From Chiloscyllium plagiosum (Eukaryota), in assembly GCF_004010195.1 (NCBI RefSeq), contig NC_057756.1, positions 3,416,129 through 3,480,128 of the forward strand: a stretch of 64,000 nucleotides of DNA, read 5' to 3'. Under the pieces are notes generated by a model. The model was not told the DNA's origin. It searched no databases and worked only from the letters and a program-made list of their open reading frames with translations. Positions 38,529 to 52,225 of the stretch are shown here, in pieces. How positions within the stretch are numbered: position 1 is the first letter of the stretch; each line of letters begins with the position of its first letter. A program made the position numbers and the translations under genes.

Positions 38529-39565
38529 GTAAGACTGCAAACCAAGTCTTTCCCTGCATTTTGTACATTTAAGCAGAATTTTATGACAGAGCTAGCAATT
38601 GCAATACTTACTACATCGACTCAGAGAAATGTGATACTTAATGTTGAAATGTGATTACACCTTCAAGGGTTTAGAATTTACTAGCAGCTTTACAGTGTGT
38701 GACATGGACAACATAATTTGAAAGTGAATTTCTTTTGAATGTTTCTGTCTCTTAGGGTAAGCGTTCAAATATAACTTTGTGTTTCTGTTTGATGTCTTTG
38801 AATGAGTGGCAAGCATTGGCTGAGAATGGCCGAGTTGGAAGGGAGGGTCATCGAGAAAGAAAGAGAAAGAAAATGGTACAGTCAGAGACAGTGCGTGAGT
38901 GAGAGAGGGGGCTGTTGGCCGTTCTTTGATCCTGGCAGAAATATTGAAATATTAGAAATGTTGCATTCAGCATATTCTGAACAGGTTCCTTATTTGAACA
39001 TTATACTCTCTCTCTGAAATGACCAATTTCAATTTGATGCTGTTTTCTGCCATTAGTTTGCAAACATTTAACAACTCCTAAATGAACGGCTTGTTGGATT
39101 TTGGACACACGTGGAATATCGTTGAAAACCTTCTTGGTTGGAATACTCTCCATGACGAGAACGAATTTCTGAGTAGTTCTGATTTTATTTTTTACTTTAT
39201 TACTGCTGTGGGACAACGCTAAATGTACATGACATATATGATTCAGCAAGTGAATCTAAATCGGGATGTAAATATGTCGAGAAAAGCGAAATAATTTTCC
39301 GTGTCCAATGTTTAGAATATGCTTTGAAAATCAACATTTCTTTACTTTATTCCATGCCCAATTCCTGTTACTAATACTGTCTTTCAGTGGACATCTCAAG
39401 AAAGGGTTAATGTCCTCAACAATTGGTTTGTACTCGTATTCTGGACAAAGGACTGTGTGATTGCTCGATACGTCGGTTTCTGATATGTGTCATGCTGTAG
39501 GAATTGTTATAGTGTAGGATGTAACTTCATTGTAAATTTATCATTTACCTCTTTTCCGAGTTCAG

Positions 39566-40745
39566 ACTTGACAAATTTACAAAAAGCTGAGTGTTTTGCA
39601 GAATTTTGTCTCGATCTATGTACGGCTGATACAATGTAAGAATTGTTGGAGCTCTTATATTATCAACTTTCTCCATGAAGACGCAAATAAAGTCACTGAA
39701 AATTTGGGGGAAAAAGTTGTGACTGGAAGGAGCTAAAAAGATCAGTATGCATAGGAAAACGCTGTTGGGAAAGTTCAGGGAATTGACGACTGTCACATCC
39801 ATATGGGATAGTGATCGATATTCGAGGAATGTTGTCTTATATGCAGCAGACGCCTTAAGGATAATCTGGTATTATAGAATCTATTATGGCGTGTGCAGTT
39901 TAGAGGAAAGTCCATGTCATGCCTGTATTTCAAGAAAACAAAAAGTATGGGAGAAAGCTGTGATTGATATTTCAGACTGTCGCCATTCGTTCGGGGGTAA
40001 TTTTTTATCATCAATTATAAAACATGTATACCATACAACTTCAGAAATGTGGAAGAGAGAGAGTCAGCATAGATTTATATGCCTGAAGAATACACTGAGT
40101 TCTTCCAGAACAAATCCTGCACAAGACCGAATTTAGCAGGAGCGGTTCACCATTCTGCTGTCAGGAAAGTTGTGCACATGTGTAATAACAATATTGCAAT
40201 TTTAAGGCAAGTTAAGAAATTATTTGGAATCATGTTAAATGTTTTCAAAAACTTCCAATGTCCTTTCGGGATTTATAGCCACTTCAGTTGGAATCATTCC
40301 ATGAAACACTCCACAAACCACAACGCTAAACAAATAGATTAACAAAAGATACCTCCACCACTCTTCTCGAGTAAACTCATATGTTTATCGAAAATAATGA
40401 GTGGACTTTCCTCGGGTCGCCACTGATTGCAACATGCAGGCCAACAATCAATCATGGAATGTTGCGGGAGAGAAGGATGCCATTCAATCCTTTTCTAAAT
40501 AATGCAACATATATTACAGCGAGAACAACAAAAGTGTGTACTCAGAAATGTTATTATCTTGGATAATCATTGTCTGCTTTGGTCTCCTTTCGGACAAATT
40601 TCGATGTGGTGTTGTTTCAAATTTCATGAACTGCAAATGCCAATGTTGTTCTGGGGAAGACAAAGTCGAACATCACACGACACCATGTTATTGTCCAACA
40701 TTTTAATTTGAAATCAAATGCTTTCGTAACGCTGCTCATTCAATA
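39566..40745 (+). pseudogene. AID/APOBEC-like cytidine deaminase pseudogene, two tandem domains (locus Y)
   Basis: Possible acceptor at 39565. Domain 1 versus AID: FLHEDANK (39668) vs FLYQFKNV; GKVQGIDDCHI (39767-39799) vs GYLRNKNGCHV; SPCHAC at ~39909 in another frame. Domain 2: LNVFKNFQCPFG (40235-40270) vs LYQFKNVRWAKG; FPRVATDCNM (40407-40436) vs FLRYISDWDL; SW at 40452; YITAR (40510-40524) vs IFTAR. The halves show nucleotide similarity at ~570-nt offset. Many stops and frameshifts. Confidence 0.65.
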
Positions 40746-42274
40746 AGTGAAGTACTGACTTCACAGAGTGTAGTACATCTCCTCCAATTTTGTAACTTGC
40801 AACAATAATATAATGTTTCAAAACAGATAATTATTTCATATATACAACTGACAAAGTCCCTCATGGATATTTGCATCCATGATTAATATGAGATCGTATC
40901 TGCTAATCTGCTGGAAGTTCTGAATCTGTTTTATTGTTTTGATAGATGTCTATTAGTCGAGCAAATTTCATTTTCAAGATTTAACAAAGTACCAAAGCGG
41001 TAAGGTAGAAACATAAGACTACACACCGGTTTATGAAACTTGTAGATATCATCAGAATTCGGAAATGTCTGCAGTCTACATTTAAAGTAGAAATAAAAAG
41101 GGCATTGTAGCACCAAACGCTTTTCATTAGAGAAACAAACATCATGCAATTCCTGCTGCTATCTCTATGAATTGTTTTGGATGACCATTGATCTCTTTAC
41201 CATTGGAGTAAGGAATATTTTGTTTTCTTAGAGATATCAGAGTCTACATGTGCTTTTTTAAATGTTTCATTTTGTCTCCTCTTGTCTTTGTGTTATTATA
41301 AAACAGGAGCAGATAGGCCCATGCATAATTCTGTGCGTGGCAAACTTTCATATTAGACACATCCGCAGCTCTCTGTCCTAATCAAAACTTGTAGTGAGAA
41401 ATGGAAATACTCATTAGTGCACGTGGACATGCGCAAAATGAGCTCATCTGTTGTCTCTGCATATGTATAAATATGGATGCTCAGATTTTGCAATCTATTT
41501 TACTTCGGAAAATACTGAGAGCTTTTGTAATCACATGAATTCTGAACACTTCATTGAGTACTTTTTCCAAATTATCATTGAACATGTGCAGTGAAAGAAC
41601 GTTTCAGAATCAGGAAGTGCAGGTGTACTCCTCTTCTACTGTCAGGAAAACGGTAAAAGCAGGCAAAGCTTTAGGATTGCAAGCTTTATGTCAGAAAACA
41701 TTCCTTGTTCCGCTCTGTAAATAAGAAACCTATCACAAGAGACTAGAAGTGAGTTTCCAGTCGGTAAATGCTTGGAAAAAAATTGCAACTTATTTCGGCA
41801 TGTATGTATTTCAAGAGGCAACTTTGGATTTTAAAACTATGTTTCACAGCATACAGCAATTGCATTGTCTTCAAATACTACAAAAAAGAAATTAAACATT
41901 ATGGTATTCGCACATCAGGAATATATGAAGAAATATAAGCATTTTGCTTTTACTTTTTGGGATTTATTTTGACGTCTTAGCGTTTGCAGAGGCAACCCTC
42001 AGGGGATCTGATACAGCTGGAAGCAATATAGCTCATATTTCCTGCCCCCTTCAATTGTAACATAGTGCATACGGCTGAGACTTAGCAAATGTCATGCACT
42101 TTGGGCACGAGAAACTCAACTCCACCATCAATACTGAATTCCAAACTGACTGTCACGCTGTGTTATCTCCAGAGGATCCACAAGTCATATTTGGCCGTCT
42201 TACCTCTCTGCTTCTCTCCTGGTGCCAGATTGAACAATGAACACATACATTGATGCCATCACCAGTTTCATTCG

Positions 42275-42550
42275 GCAACAGATGGCACAGTGATTAGCAT
42301 TACTGCCGCATAGCACTGAGGTCCCAGGTTCAATTCCAGCTTCGGGTGACGGTCTTTGGGGAGTTTACACGTTCTCCCCGTGTCTGCGTGGGTTTGTTCT
42401 GGTTTCCTCCTACAATCCAAGCACGTGCTGGCCAGGCTAAATTACCCTCTAGTTTTAGGAGGAAAATGGCTCTGGGTGGGTTACTCTTCGGAGGCTTGAT
42501 GTTGACTGGTTGGGCCGAAGGGCCTGTTTCCACACTATAAGGAATCTAAT
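42275..42550 (+). mobile_element. HE1-type tRNA-derived SINE
   Basis: A/B-box head, GTGTCTGCGTGGGTTT core, GGGCCGAAGGGCCTGTTTCCACACT 3' end, TCTAA tail. Confidence 0.85.
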
Positions 42551-42649
42551 AGTTCACCATACTGTGTAACGAACGCTATTAGCAGCCTCGCGATTAGCGC
42601 TGCCAAAATGAAATATCTCCAATGTAGTATTTAACAATACTAGAATAAA

Positions 42650-45600
42650 CTGAATACACCTCACGTAAAATTTGAAAAACTCTTTTACAATCTTATTAGC
42701 TGTAATTCTGAGAATGAAACGGACTCTGGAAATCCAGTGGGCACATTTATTAATAATAAGAAATTCTGATTCCCACTTTTATATGAAATGGCGTTTCGTG
42801 CAAACGGTTAAGTCTGTTCTAAGTGGTTGCTGAAATGCATGGAAAGATGCTAAAGATACAAGTTTTATTAGTGCCTATGGTCTTCAACAAGACTGACATG
42901 TAAGACATTTCCACTAAAACTCCAAGAAATCTTTGTGCAGTCTCGGCCAGTGAAATTGTTTTCGTATTTTATCTTGAGATTTTATTACCTCTAAATGACC
43001 CCATGCTAATAGATCAGGTGTGACAGAGAACACCTTCTTTCCATAAGCTACTGGCAATACCACTTGATGATTTTTTTTACCATTACCCATGTGCCTGAAT
43101 ATGTGTTCGTCTCCATTTCCACATTCAGTCATCATTTCTAACATAACAACATTCAGGGATTCGTCTAGATCCTCTTTAGTGTAGGCTCTTTGATACTGTT
43201 AATTTAGTGCCTCATCATTTTGCTTTATTCAGTTAATACATCTCACCTACAATTTTGTGCTTTCTCCGCAATTTGCTCTGATTTTTTGTTAAACATTTCA
43301 ATGAAATTGACTCATTAGGAATTCCACGTCAACTGTCTTAACTGTACACTTTGAATATTTCGATTTCAATAGAGGATGCATTACACTGGTTACCACACAA
43401 CCAGGACAAATCCAAGGATATGTGCATTTTAATAGATCAGTTGCCTGAGATTCCACTGGTTTTTCAACCACAGGCTGCACTCCTACTTGTGAACCAACTC
43501 TCCACTCTTCACTGGACACTCTAACCTCTCTCTACATAAATGAGCACGTCTTGTCTCGCTGTGTATTTCATGTAACTAGCACTTTTTTTTCTTTTGGCAA
43601 CAACTCGAATGAGATATACATCTCGTCATCTTTCAAAATTCATAGATTGATAGGATCCCGTGACTCTAATATTGTGTTCTCTTGACCTGCTGCTCCTGGC
43701 CAATGCGAGTAAAATTTACCTTCACAGGAACATAGTTTAAGAAGATCCAGCACTCGTTACCACTCCAACAAAGTTCACAGGCTTATTCTTTATTCCGATG
43801 TCTGGCTTTCCTCTGTTTTTTTTTTTGTAACGCACTAACACAGTGATTTAATATGGCATAGTTTATTGCAGTTCAACTACTGGAGATTTTTTTCTCTCTC
43901 CTGTTTCCCATTCAATGGTTTACATTTTAGTTTGTTGTCAGTTATTCTTATGACCGTCACCCAGATCGATCTTTTCCTTACCACGTGAGGTTTTCACTTT
44001 TCCCAAATTTCTATCTGTCTAGGATTGATACTGACTTTGGAAGCCTGTCATTGATCTATGAGCCAACTCAAAATCGACAGTCATTTCGGCTGTTAATCTT
44101 GCTGCGTTAATACTCTCCTCTTTCACATGAGCTCTCAAAATTGTTATGACCCAGTAGTGAACCCTTCTCCTAAATAAACCAACTCCCAGAAAAGTGCACG
44201 TTTCCTCATAATCTGTTAAATTATTAGTGATAGAGAACGCCCAAAGTGCACTATTTAAAGAAAAAAAACAATTTATTCATTAAAACTAAAAATGAATATT
44301 AAGCAACAACTGCTTTCAATTCTAATGCTCCTTTCAATTAACAGCTTGTAATCTAATTCCCAATCTATATCAATACACTGTTCTGATAAAGAAACGCATC
44401 AAAATTACATCAACTTAATTTCAAAACCGCACAACGGCTATAGTTGTCAGTGCCTGACTTCCACTGGCTGTACATTTGCCTGGGTTATCTTTATCTTTTG
44501 CAACAAAGATGTTTCATTTGAAAAAAATGACTTTGAAAGAGACTGCGCTCCTGGCAGTAACTCTTACGGTGGCAGTTCGTCACTCTCTCTATATTTAACT
44601 GTCAAACTGTCTGCTTTTCTTACACCCCCGGCATCCTACCGTCTCATTGGTTCGATGTTAGCAGAACAGTAAATTCAAATCAATGTTTTCTTTCGTATCC
44701 TCCAGCATAATTTAAACTGATTGCTCCAATTCAAATTGTTGTAAAAACAGCAAACAAAACGCAGATATTTGTTCCATGGGCAAAATGTAGCACATTTTAA
44801 ATTCTCGAATACATTTTGTGACGACCAAGTATCTGCAAGCTGTGTGTGCAAAACACCTTTCACTCTCTCTTAAAGAAACAGCAGTTCAAATTCATAATAG
44901 TACCTCAGGCAGTGAATTGTTGAACTCCTCTAAAATAATTCTCTCCTAAATAGTGTCTTACGTTTGCTCTATTTCGTGCCCTAATCCACATATCAAAATC
45001 ACTTTCTTTGGTAAATTCAATCTCAATTTTTCCTTGACAATGTTTTTCCCCTTAGACTGCTGTAACGTTGCCTGGAGGCGTCTGGTACAAGCTCATATGC
45101 ACTGAAGGTGGCTTTCTTCAAATCGTCAAATGCCCCAAGTGCCTCCTCTGACAGTTTGCAAATATCTCACTCGCTCTAACTACAAGTGAAAATGAAAAAG
45201 GCTTCTGCATTCTTCTCATCAATCATCGGCAATCCTGGTGTATCTATAAACAGATTACACCAGGCTTTTGGAAAGCATGGGTTTGCTCTTTCTTACTGTC
45301 TTCTGCACGAAGTTTACCCTCAACCTGAGTCTCCATTTTTTAAAGTTGTAAATGTGCCAATCTCTGAAGATCAAATTCTCTCTCTATCTGTCATTACTCT
45401 CTGCTTTTCTTTTTTTCCTACTGACATGATTCGTTTTTGTTCTCTTTCGTCTGCTGGGGCCTTCCACTAATTTTCCTTTGTTTCAGCTAAGAACTTTTTT
45501 ATCCCTTTCTTATTTTCCAACTTTTGTTGCGTCACTTGCAGTTTAAAGTTTTCTGCCTCCACTGCACTTCTGTGTTTTTCTGATGTACCCAAGCACTCGA

Positions 45601-45830
45601 CCAAATCGATGACAATTTCAGGTTTAGTTTAGTCGCAGATTACATGCAAATCTGACTTGTTTGCTAATTTTAAAAGGTACATCCTTCCTCTGTCTTTGTC
45701 AAATTCCTTGGCAAATTTAGGAAGTATCTGCAAAACACAGAGGCTCTTGAGCAACGTTAAGAGATTTTCCAAACAATCCAAAGTAATTTTTGCTGTAATT
45801 AAATGTTAGGGTATTTCAGTAATAACCACG
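42650..45830 (-). mobile_element. Degenerate Gmr1-like Gypsy internal region (gag, protease, integrase N-terminus)
   Basis: 'HQVVLPVAYGKKV...GHLEVIKSQDKIRKQFHWPRLHKD' (ORF 42914-43144) is the integrase HHCC region. 'PGCVVT' lies upstream, with a gag-like coiled-coil at 45.2-45.7 kb. Confidence 0.7.
44142..44900. mobile_element. LTR-like insertion nested in the Gypsy gag region
   Basis: Starts TGTTATGAC, interrupts gag-like sequence, and resembles 46040-46640. Confidence 0.4.
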
Positions 45831-46039
45831 TGTTTTTTTTTGCCCCAGCGATACTGGCTATTTCATTTCCAACGTGGTTGCCAAATCGGGCAGCTTTGTA
45901 TCGTTCACCTTTAGTAATAGCCCCGAAGTATGTTCTGCTACTCCCAGAAAACTCTTACTGGCTGAAAGAACCGTTTGTACTGCAAGCACTGTTTAAACAA
46001 AAAGAATTCATAACCATAAAAAATAGACCCTAACACTTA

Positions 46040-46640
46040 CCCATCACAACCTTGGTCGCCAGCAATCTTAATTAAATTGGTACCACAGAAATCCCAATCT
46101 GCTGAGGAGAAGATCAGAAGCCCTTAGTTTTCAAGAAAACAACATTTATTTGCAAGATTAATAAATGAAACACAAGCAAAAAGTGAACAGACTACACAAC
46201 AACTTAACTTATCAGAAAACGCAACAGATTATGCAAAATTAACGATGCTGTTCCAAATACTGCGAACATCCACAAAGGGAAAATTTGTTTTAGAAAGTAA
46301 AATCAAACTCACCGTCTTTCAGGGGAGAGATATGGCAGGTACATTCCACATGGAACACCTTCTTCTATGCAGCTGTTTCACGGATTTGCAGTTAACAACT
46401 GACCAGCAGCTCGGAAAATCCAGATTGCAACACCAGAATTAACCTGAGAAAATCTGAGCAGTTATAACTAATCACTCCCTTTTCACCGTACAAGAGATTT
46501 GTTTTGAAATTTAAAAGCTGCTTGAAGTCTTTAAGGACAAATTTCTCGAAACCCATGACTTTTTCATTCCTACGAAAAATAAAACAAGGACACCATGACC
46601 TTGTTAAGGGAGCAGCATCATATCTCAGATCGCACACACT
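46040..46640. mobile_element. LTR-like remnant
   Basis: Non-coding, adjacent to the 5' end of the minus-strand Gypsy relic, and similar to 44142-44900. Confidence 0.35.
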
Positions 46641-48919
46641 GCCAAGAGAAGGAAGAGGAAAATCATGCTGGCGAGCTGTGTTCATTTTGGCAAAATCATC
46701 AATTATTTATTGCTTTGCTAATGTATGCAAAAGCATGAAGAAGCATATAGCTCAATATATAAATGTCCAGAATCTACACACAGAGATCACGGTTTGTGAG
46801 AAGCTATTGTACGTAAATAACCTGCTCAAAATAATTAAATGTATTATATGTTACATATATGTGCTTGTTGATGTGTCTGGAAAATAAAATGTATGTATGC
46901 GCATGTCGAAATGACTGTCTGCAAAGTAGCCTTCTATTTGGTCATTGTTGACGTGTGGACAGTAACTGTCATGCAGAGAAAGAACTTCTCCAGGACTTAC
47001 ATGGAAGTAGATTTAGATCGAGAGTTAAGGGGAATTGGCAGGAAGAACAAAATGTTGATTCATGCTTTGGAGCACAAAGTGTGAGATTTTAACGAGGCAA
47101 ATTAAGTAGAAGAGTAGAATCGAAAATAATACGAGCTCAAGGATAAACAGGCGCACTGAATAGTGTCCTTAATCAATAATCTGCAATGAAGAAATTCACA
47201 AAAGATTCTGAATCACCAACTGGCAAACAAGAAATAAACTTCCATCTCGAAAGGCAAGAGCGACAGACACATGGCACCACCATCCTGTTCAAATTCAGCT
47301 TCATGTCACTCATCATCCTGACTTGGATATGCATTACTTTTCCTTCATTGCCACTGGATCAACATTCATGAATTCCCTCCCTGATAGTATTGTTGGTCAA
47401 CATACATCAGGTGGATGAAAGGAGTTGAAGATAACACCTTACTTCCAGCGTTTCAAGTGTAGTTAGCAACAGGAAATAAATGTCAGTGAGCAAGCATCTC
47501 CCATGTTCCAGGAACGAATAAAATTTTTAAAAATGACGAATTTTGTATATGTAGAAGAAAAGCAGAACGTGTGGATTTCAGTATAGTTTTATTGAAGCAA
47601 AACAAAAACAAAAAATAAGTTACTGATTGGAAAATGTATTTTTGGAACTGCTATATCCCATCTTCGTTTTAATTTCAACAGCATGTTGCGAACTGATACT
47701 TTTCCCAGATCCCTGGAAACTGAAGTATGAAGTGATTTACTTAAAGGAGCTTAAATTAGGTCTTGTTATTCCAAATACTAAATTGTTCTGCCATCAGTTG
47801 TGATTAACAGAAATACGTATTGGCGTTTTTGAGCTTAATGATTCCTGAAGTCGATTCAGAAAGAGATTGTATGACATCACCAACTCGAATTCAATTCATA
47901 ACATGATGCTGGAAGGAAATTTGGCTCTCAATGTGCCAGTTTGATTTGAGGTTTAATTGAGGTTTTGCAAATTTCACTGTTAATAATTCTTCACCATCGC
48001 TTCCAATTTTGCAAACATATTTCACTTCATACTCAAGAATCCTTCGAAGGTTTGATGAGCATGTGAGGGAAAGTAAAAGAATTTTAAAATGAAGACGGGC
48101 CGATGCTGATAGAATGGGGATGAATCTGTTATTTATGGAGAGGGAAGGAGAAAGACAGAGAGAGAGCACAATGGAAACAGAGAAGATATTGTAGTAAAGC
48201 AAACAAGAGCCAAATGAGTGGCATGAATGCGACTACTGTGGTCTTTATCTTAATTGTTCTTAGTTTCCTTACAAAATAAGATAAGGGCATTTTATGAATT
48301 TTGTATGGACTATTCCTGTAATGACCGACGATCTTACAATATGGTAACAATGCGTGCTTGTCGAATTTTGGAACGAAGTTTTGACAATATTGTTAACAAT
48401 ATCATACGTCTGTACTTGTATTGGCCCATGTCGATATTGAATACTTTAAATGCTTGAGGAACGTTACTGCAGCTGCATTTCACACAAGGACAATGTTTAA
48501 ATAAATTTGGACTCTTAGAATGTCATTTATTTGATTGTTTCAAACTTTCCTCGTATCCATTCGTTAGTTAGAAGTTGCTTATGGGGTACAAACTGCCTAC
48601 TGCTTGACAAAATTGTAAATTGGTTAAAAAAACGGATATGGATGTTTAAATTTCTGTTGTTCCTTACAGAAAATGATAAGTTATATGGCAAGTTTGTTCC
48701 GAATAAATTCGCCGTCCATTTGAAGTTCAATTTGACTTGTTAATGGTAATATATTGCCCCATTCATCTTGCTTTTTTCTAAATGTTTCCAGTTTTGGTAA
48801 CAATTAACGTTTCGAAATACAACGCTGAGATTTTGTCTTTGAACACGAAAATTCATGGTTCAATGTTTTTTGTTTAATTTCATTTCATTGCAGTCCAATC
48901 GTTAAAAATTGTTGTGCAG

Positions 48920-51900
48920 GGCATGCATTCTCAAATAGTCAGAGTCAAGCAGGAATTTAAAAAGATGGTGCTCGGGAGTAGTAATATATAGATTACTCTT
49001 GGTGCTACGACCTAGTGAGGGCAGGAATAAGAGGATAGAGCAGACGAAAGTATGACTGAGGAGCGTGTGTATGGGAGAACGATTCACATTTTTGGATCAT
49101 TGGAATCTGTTTTGGTGTAGAAGTGACCTGTACATGAAAGATGGATTGCACATAATTTGGAAGGGGAATAATACACTGGTAGGGAGATTTGCTGGTGAAT
49201 CTCGGGAGGATTTAAACTAGTATGGTGGGGGTGGGGTGGGACCCATGGGGATAGTGAGAAAAAACTCAATCTGAGACTGGTATAGTTGAGAATAGAAGCG
49301 AGTGGAACAGTTAGCGCAGGCAGGGACAAAGCAGGGGGAAATGTAGGACTGATAATGTTTTTAATAAATCAATTATTTCAAATGAAGAGCGCTACCAAGG
49401 AAAGCAGATGAAATCAGGGCATGGTTAGAAGCATGGGGCTGGCATATCTTAGCAGTTACAGAGTCATTGCTGAAGGGTGGACAGGACTAGCAGCTTACTG
49501 TTCCAGCATCCAAATTCTACAGGAAAGACAGAAAGGGAGGCAAGAGACGAGTGGGACTGGCTTTTTTGATATGGAATAGCATTACAGCTTTACTGAGGGA
49601 GGATATTCCCGGAAATATATACAGTGAAGTAATTTGAGTGGAACTGATAAATAAGAAAGAGATGATCATCTTATTGAGATTGCATTACAGACTACCTAAT
49701 ACTCAGAGGGAAGTTGAGAGACAAATTTGCAAGGACATCTCAGTTATCTCAAAGAATAATAGGGTGGCTTTGGTACGGGATTTTATCTTTCCAAATATAG
49801 ACTGGGACTGCTATAGTGTTAAGGGTTTAGAGGGAGAGGAATTTGTTAAATGTGTACAAGAAAAATTTCTGAATCAGAGTGTGGATGCACCTATTGAGAA
49901 GCTGCAAAACTTGACGTTCTCTTGGGAAATAGGCATTGCAGGTGAATGAGGTGTCAGCGGGTGAACACTTTGGGGCCAGCGATCATAATTCAATTCGCTT
50001 TAAAGCAGCGATGGAAAAGGATAGACCGGATATAAAAGTTGAAGTTCTAAGTTGGGGAAAGGCCAGTTTTCTTGGTACTCGTCAAGCACTTTCGAAAGCT
50101 AATTGTGGGCAGATGATTGCAGGTAAAGGAAAAACTGGAAAATGGGAAGCCTTCAGCAATGAGTTGACTAATGTCCAGAGACAGTATATTCATGCTAGGA
50201 TGTATTGAAAGGCTGGCAGGTATGGAAATTCTCGATGACCAAGAAAATTAAGTTTTTGGTTAAGAAAAAAGAAGGAAGCATATGCCAGGTATGGACAGGA
50301 AAGATCAAGTGAAACCTTAGAAGATAGAAAAGCAGTAAGAGTATATTTAAAAGAGAAATTAGGATGGTAAAAAAGGGCCCATGAGATCACTTTGCAAATA
50401 GACTGAAAGAGAATCCAGAGTTTGTTTTTTACAAATACATTGAGGATAAAAGGGTGACTGGGGAGAGAATGGGGACTGTCAAGGATCAGCAAGGCAACCC
50501 TTGTGTGGAGCGCAGTAGATGGGGTAGACACTAAACAAATTGTTTTGCATCAGTATTTACTGTGGAAAAGGACATGGAAGATATAAATTGTAGTGTAATA
50601 GATGGTGACATCTTGAAAATATTCATATTAATGAGGAGGAAGTATTGGATGTCTTGAAACGCATAAAAATGGGCATATCCCCAGAACATGATCAGGTACC
50701 ATAGAACTATGTGGGAATCGAGGGAAGTGATTGTTGGGCCTCTTGCCGAGATATTTGTATCGTCGATAGTCACCTGTGGGGTGCCAGAAGACTGGAGGTT
50801 GGCTAACGTGGTGCCACTGTTTAAGAAAGGTAGTAAGGACAATCCAGGGATTATAGACCAGTGAGCCTGAAATCGTTGGTGGGCAAGTTATTGGAGGGAA
50901 TATTGAGGAATAGGACGTACATGTATTTAGAAAGGCAGAGACTGATTATGTTCAGTCAATGTGGTCTTGTGCGTTGGAAATAATGTCTCACAAAATTGTT
51001 TGAGTTTTTTGAAGAAGTTGCAAAGCGTATTGATGAGGGCAGAGCGATACACGTGGTCTAAATAGACTTCTGTAAGGCGTTCGACCAGGTTCCCCATAGG
51101 AGACTGTTTGGCAAGTTTTGATCTCATGCAATACAGGGAGAACTAGCTATTGGATACAGAATTAGCGAAAATGTAGAAGACAGAGGATGGTGGTGGAGGT
51201 CTGTTTTTCAGACAGGAGGCCTGTGCCCAGTGGTGTGCCATAAGGATCGGTGCTGGGTCACGTACTTTTCATCATTTATGTAAATTATTTGGTTGTGAGC
51301 ATAAGAGGTGTATTTGTTACGTTTGCAAATGAGACCAAATTTGGAGATGTAGTGGACCGAGAAGGAGATTACCTCAGATTACAGCGGGATCTTAATCAGA
51401 TGGGCCAAAGGGCTGAGAAGTAGCAGATGGAGTTTAAATTAGATCAATGCGAGGTGCTGCATTTTTGGAAAGTAAATCTTACCGGGAATAATGAAATTAA
51501 AGTTAAGGTCTTGCGAAGTGTTACTGAACAAAGAGACCATTGAATGCAAGTAAATTGCACCTTGAAAGTGGAGTCGCAGGTAGATAGGATAATGAAGAAG
51601 GCTTTTGGTATGCAGTCCTATATTGGTCAGATATTGAGTACAGGAATTGGGAGGTCATGTTGCAGCTGTACTGGACATTGGTTAAACCACTTTTGGAATA
51701 TTCCATACAGTTCTGGTTTCCATCCTATCGAAAAGATGTTCTGAAACTTGAAAGAGTTCGAAAAAAACAAGGATGTTGTCAGTTGTGGAGGACTTGAAAT
51801 ATAAGGAGAGATTGAATAGCATAGGGCTCTTTTCCTTGGGCCAACGGAGGCTGAGACGTCACTTTACATATGTTTATAAAATCATGAGGGTCATTGATAA

Positions 51901-52225
51901 TATAAATAGTCATTTTTTTCCCCTGGAGTCGGGGAGTACAGAACTGAGGGGCCAGGTCTAGGGTGTGAGTGGAAGATATAAAAGCGACCTAAAGGGCAAT
52001 ATTTTCGCGTGTATGGAATGAGCTGCCAGAGGAAGTGTTGGAGGCTAGTACAATTGCAACATTTAGAAGGCATCTGGATGTGTATATAAATAGCAATTGT
52101 TTGGAGGGATGAGGGTCGGGTACTGGCAGGTGGTACTGGATTGGGTTGGGGGATCTGGTCAGCATGGACAAGTTGGAACGAAGCGACTGTTTCCGTGCTG
52201 TACATCTCTATGGTTCTATGGATCT
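48920..52225 (+). mobile_element. Long CR1 LINE (ORF1 esterase tail, ORF2 EN-RT, 3' tail), pseudogenised
   Basis: ORF1 'FLDHWNLFWCRSDLYMKDGLH'. EN 'HYRLPN...RDFIFPNIDWD' and 'HFGASDHNSIRF'. RT 'EDWRLANVVPLFKKG' and 'GVP*GSVLG'. CTATG-repeat tail. Confidence 0.95.

Noticed and set aside
39545..39802. Minus-strand ORF 'SDFICVFMEKVDNIRA' resembling L2 LINE ORF2
   Set aside because: No RT core motifs follow. The + strand gives more numerous colinear deaminase motifs and an internal ~570-nt repeat.
40540..40707. Hydrophobic plus Cys-rich reading resembling a viral envelope tail
   Set aside because: Appears to be an alternative frame of deaminase domain Y2, and no ectodomain is evident.
47891..48202. 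Minus ORF with 'LEYEVK...WHIESQ' as a further deaminase copy
   Set aside because: No PCxxC-like or downstream motifs, opposite strand, and it starts in a GA-rich low-complexity tract.
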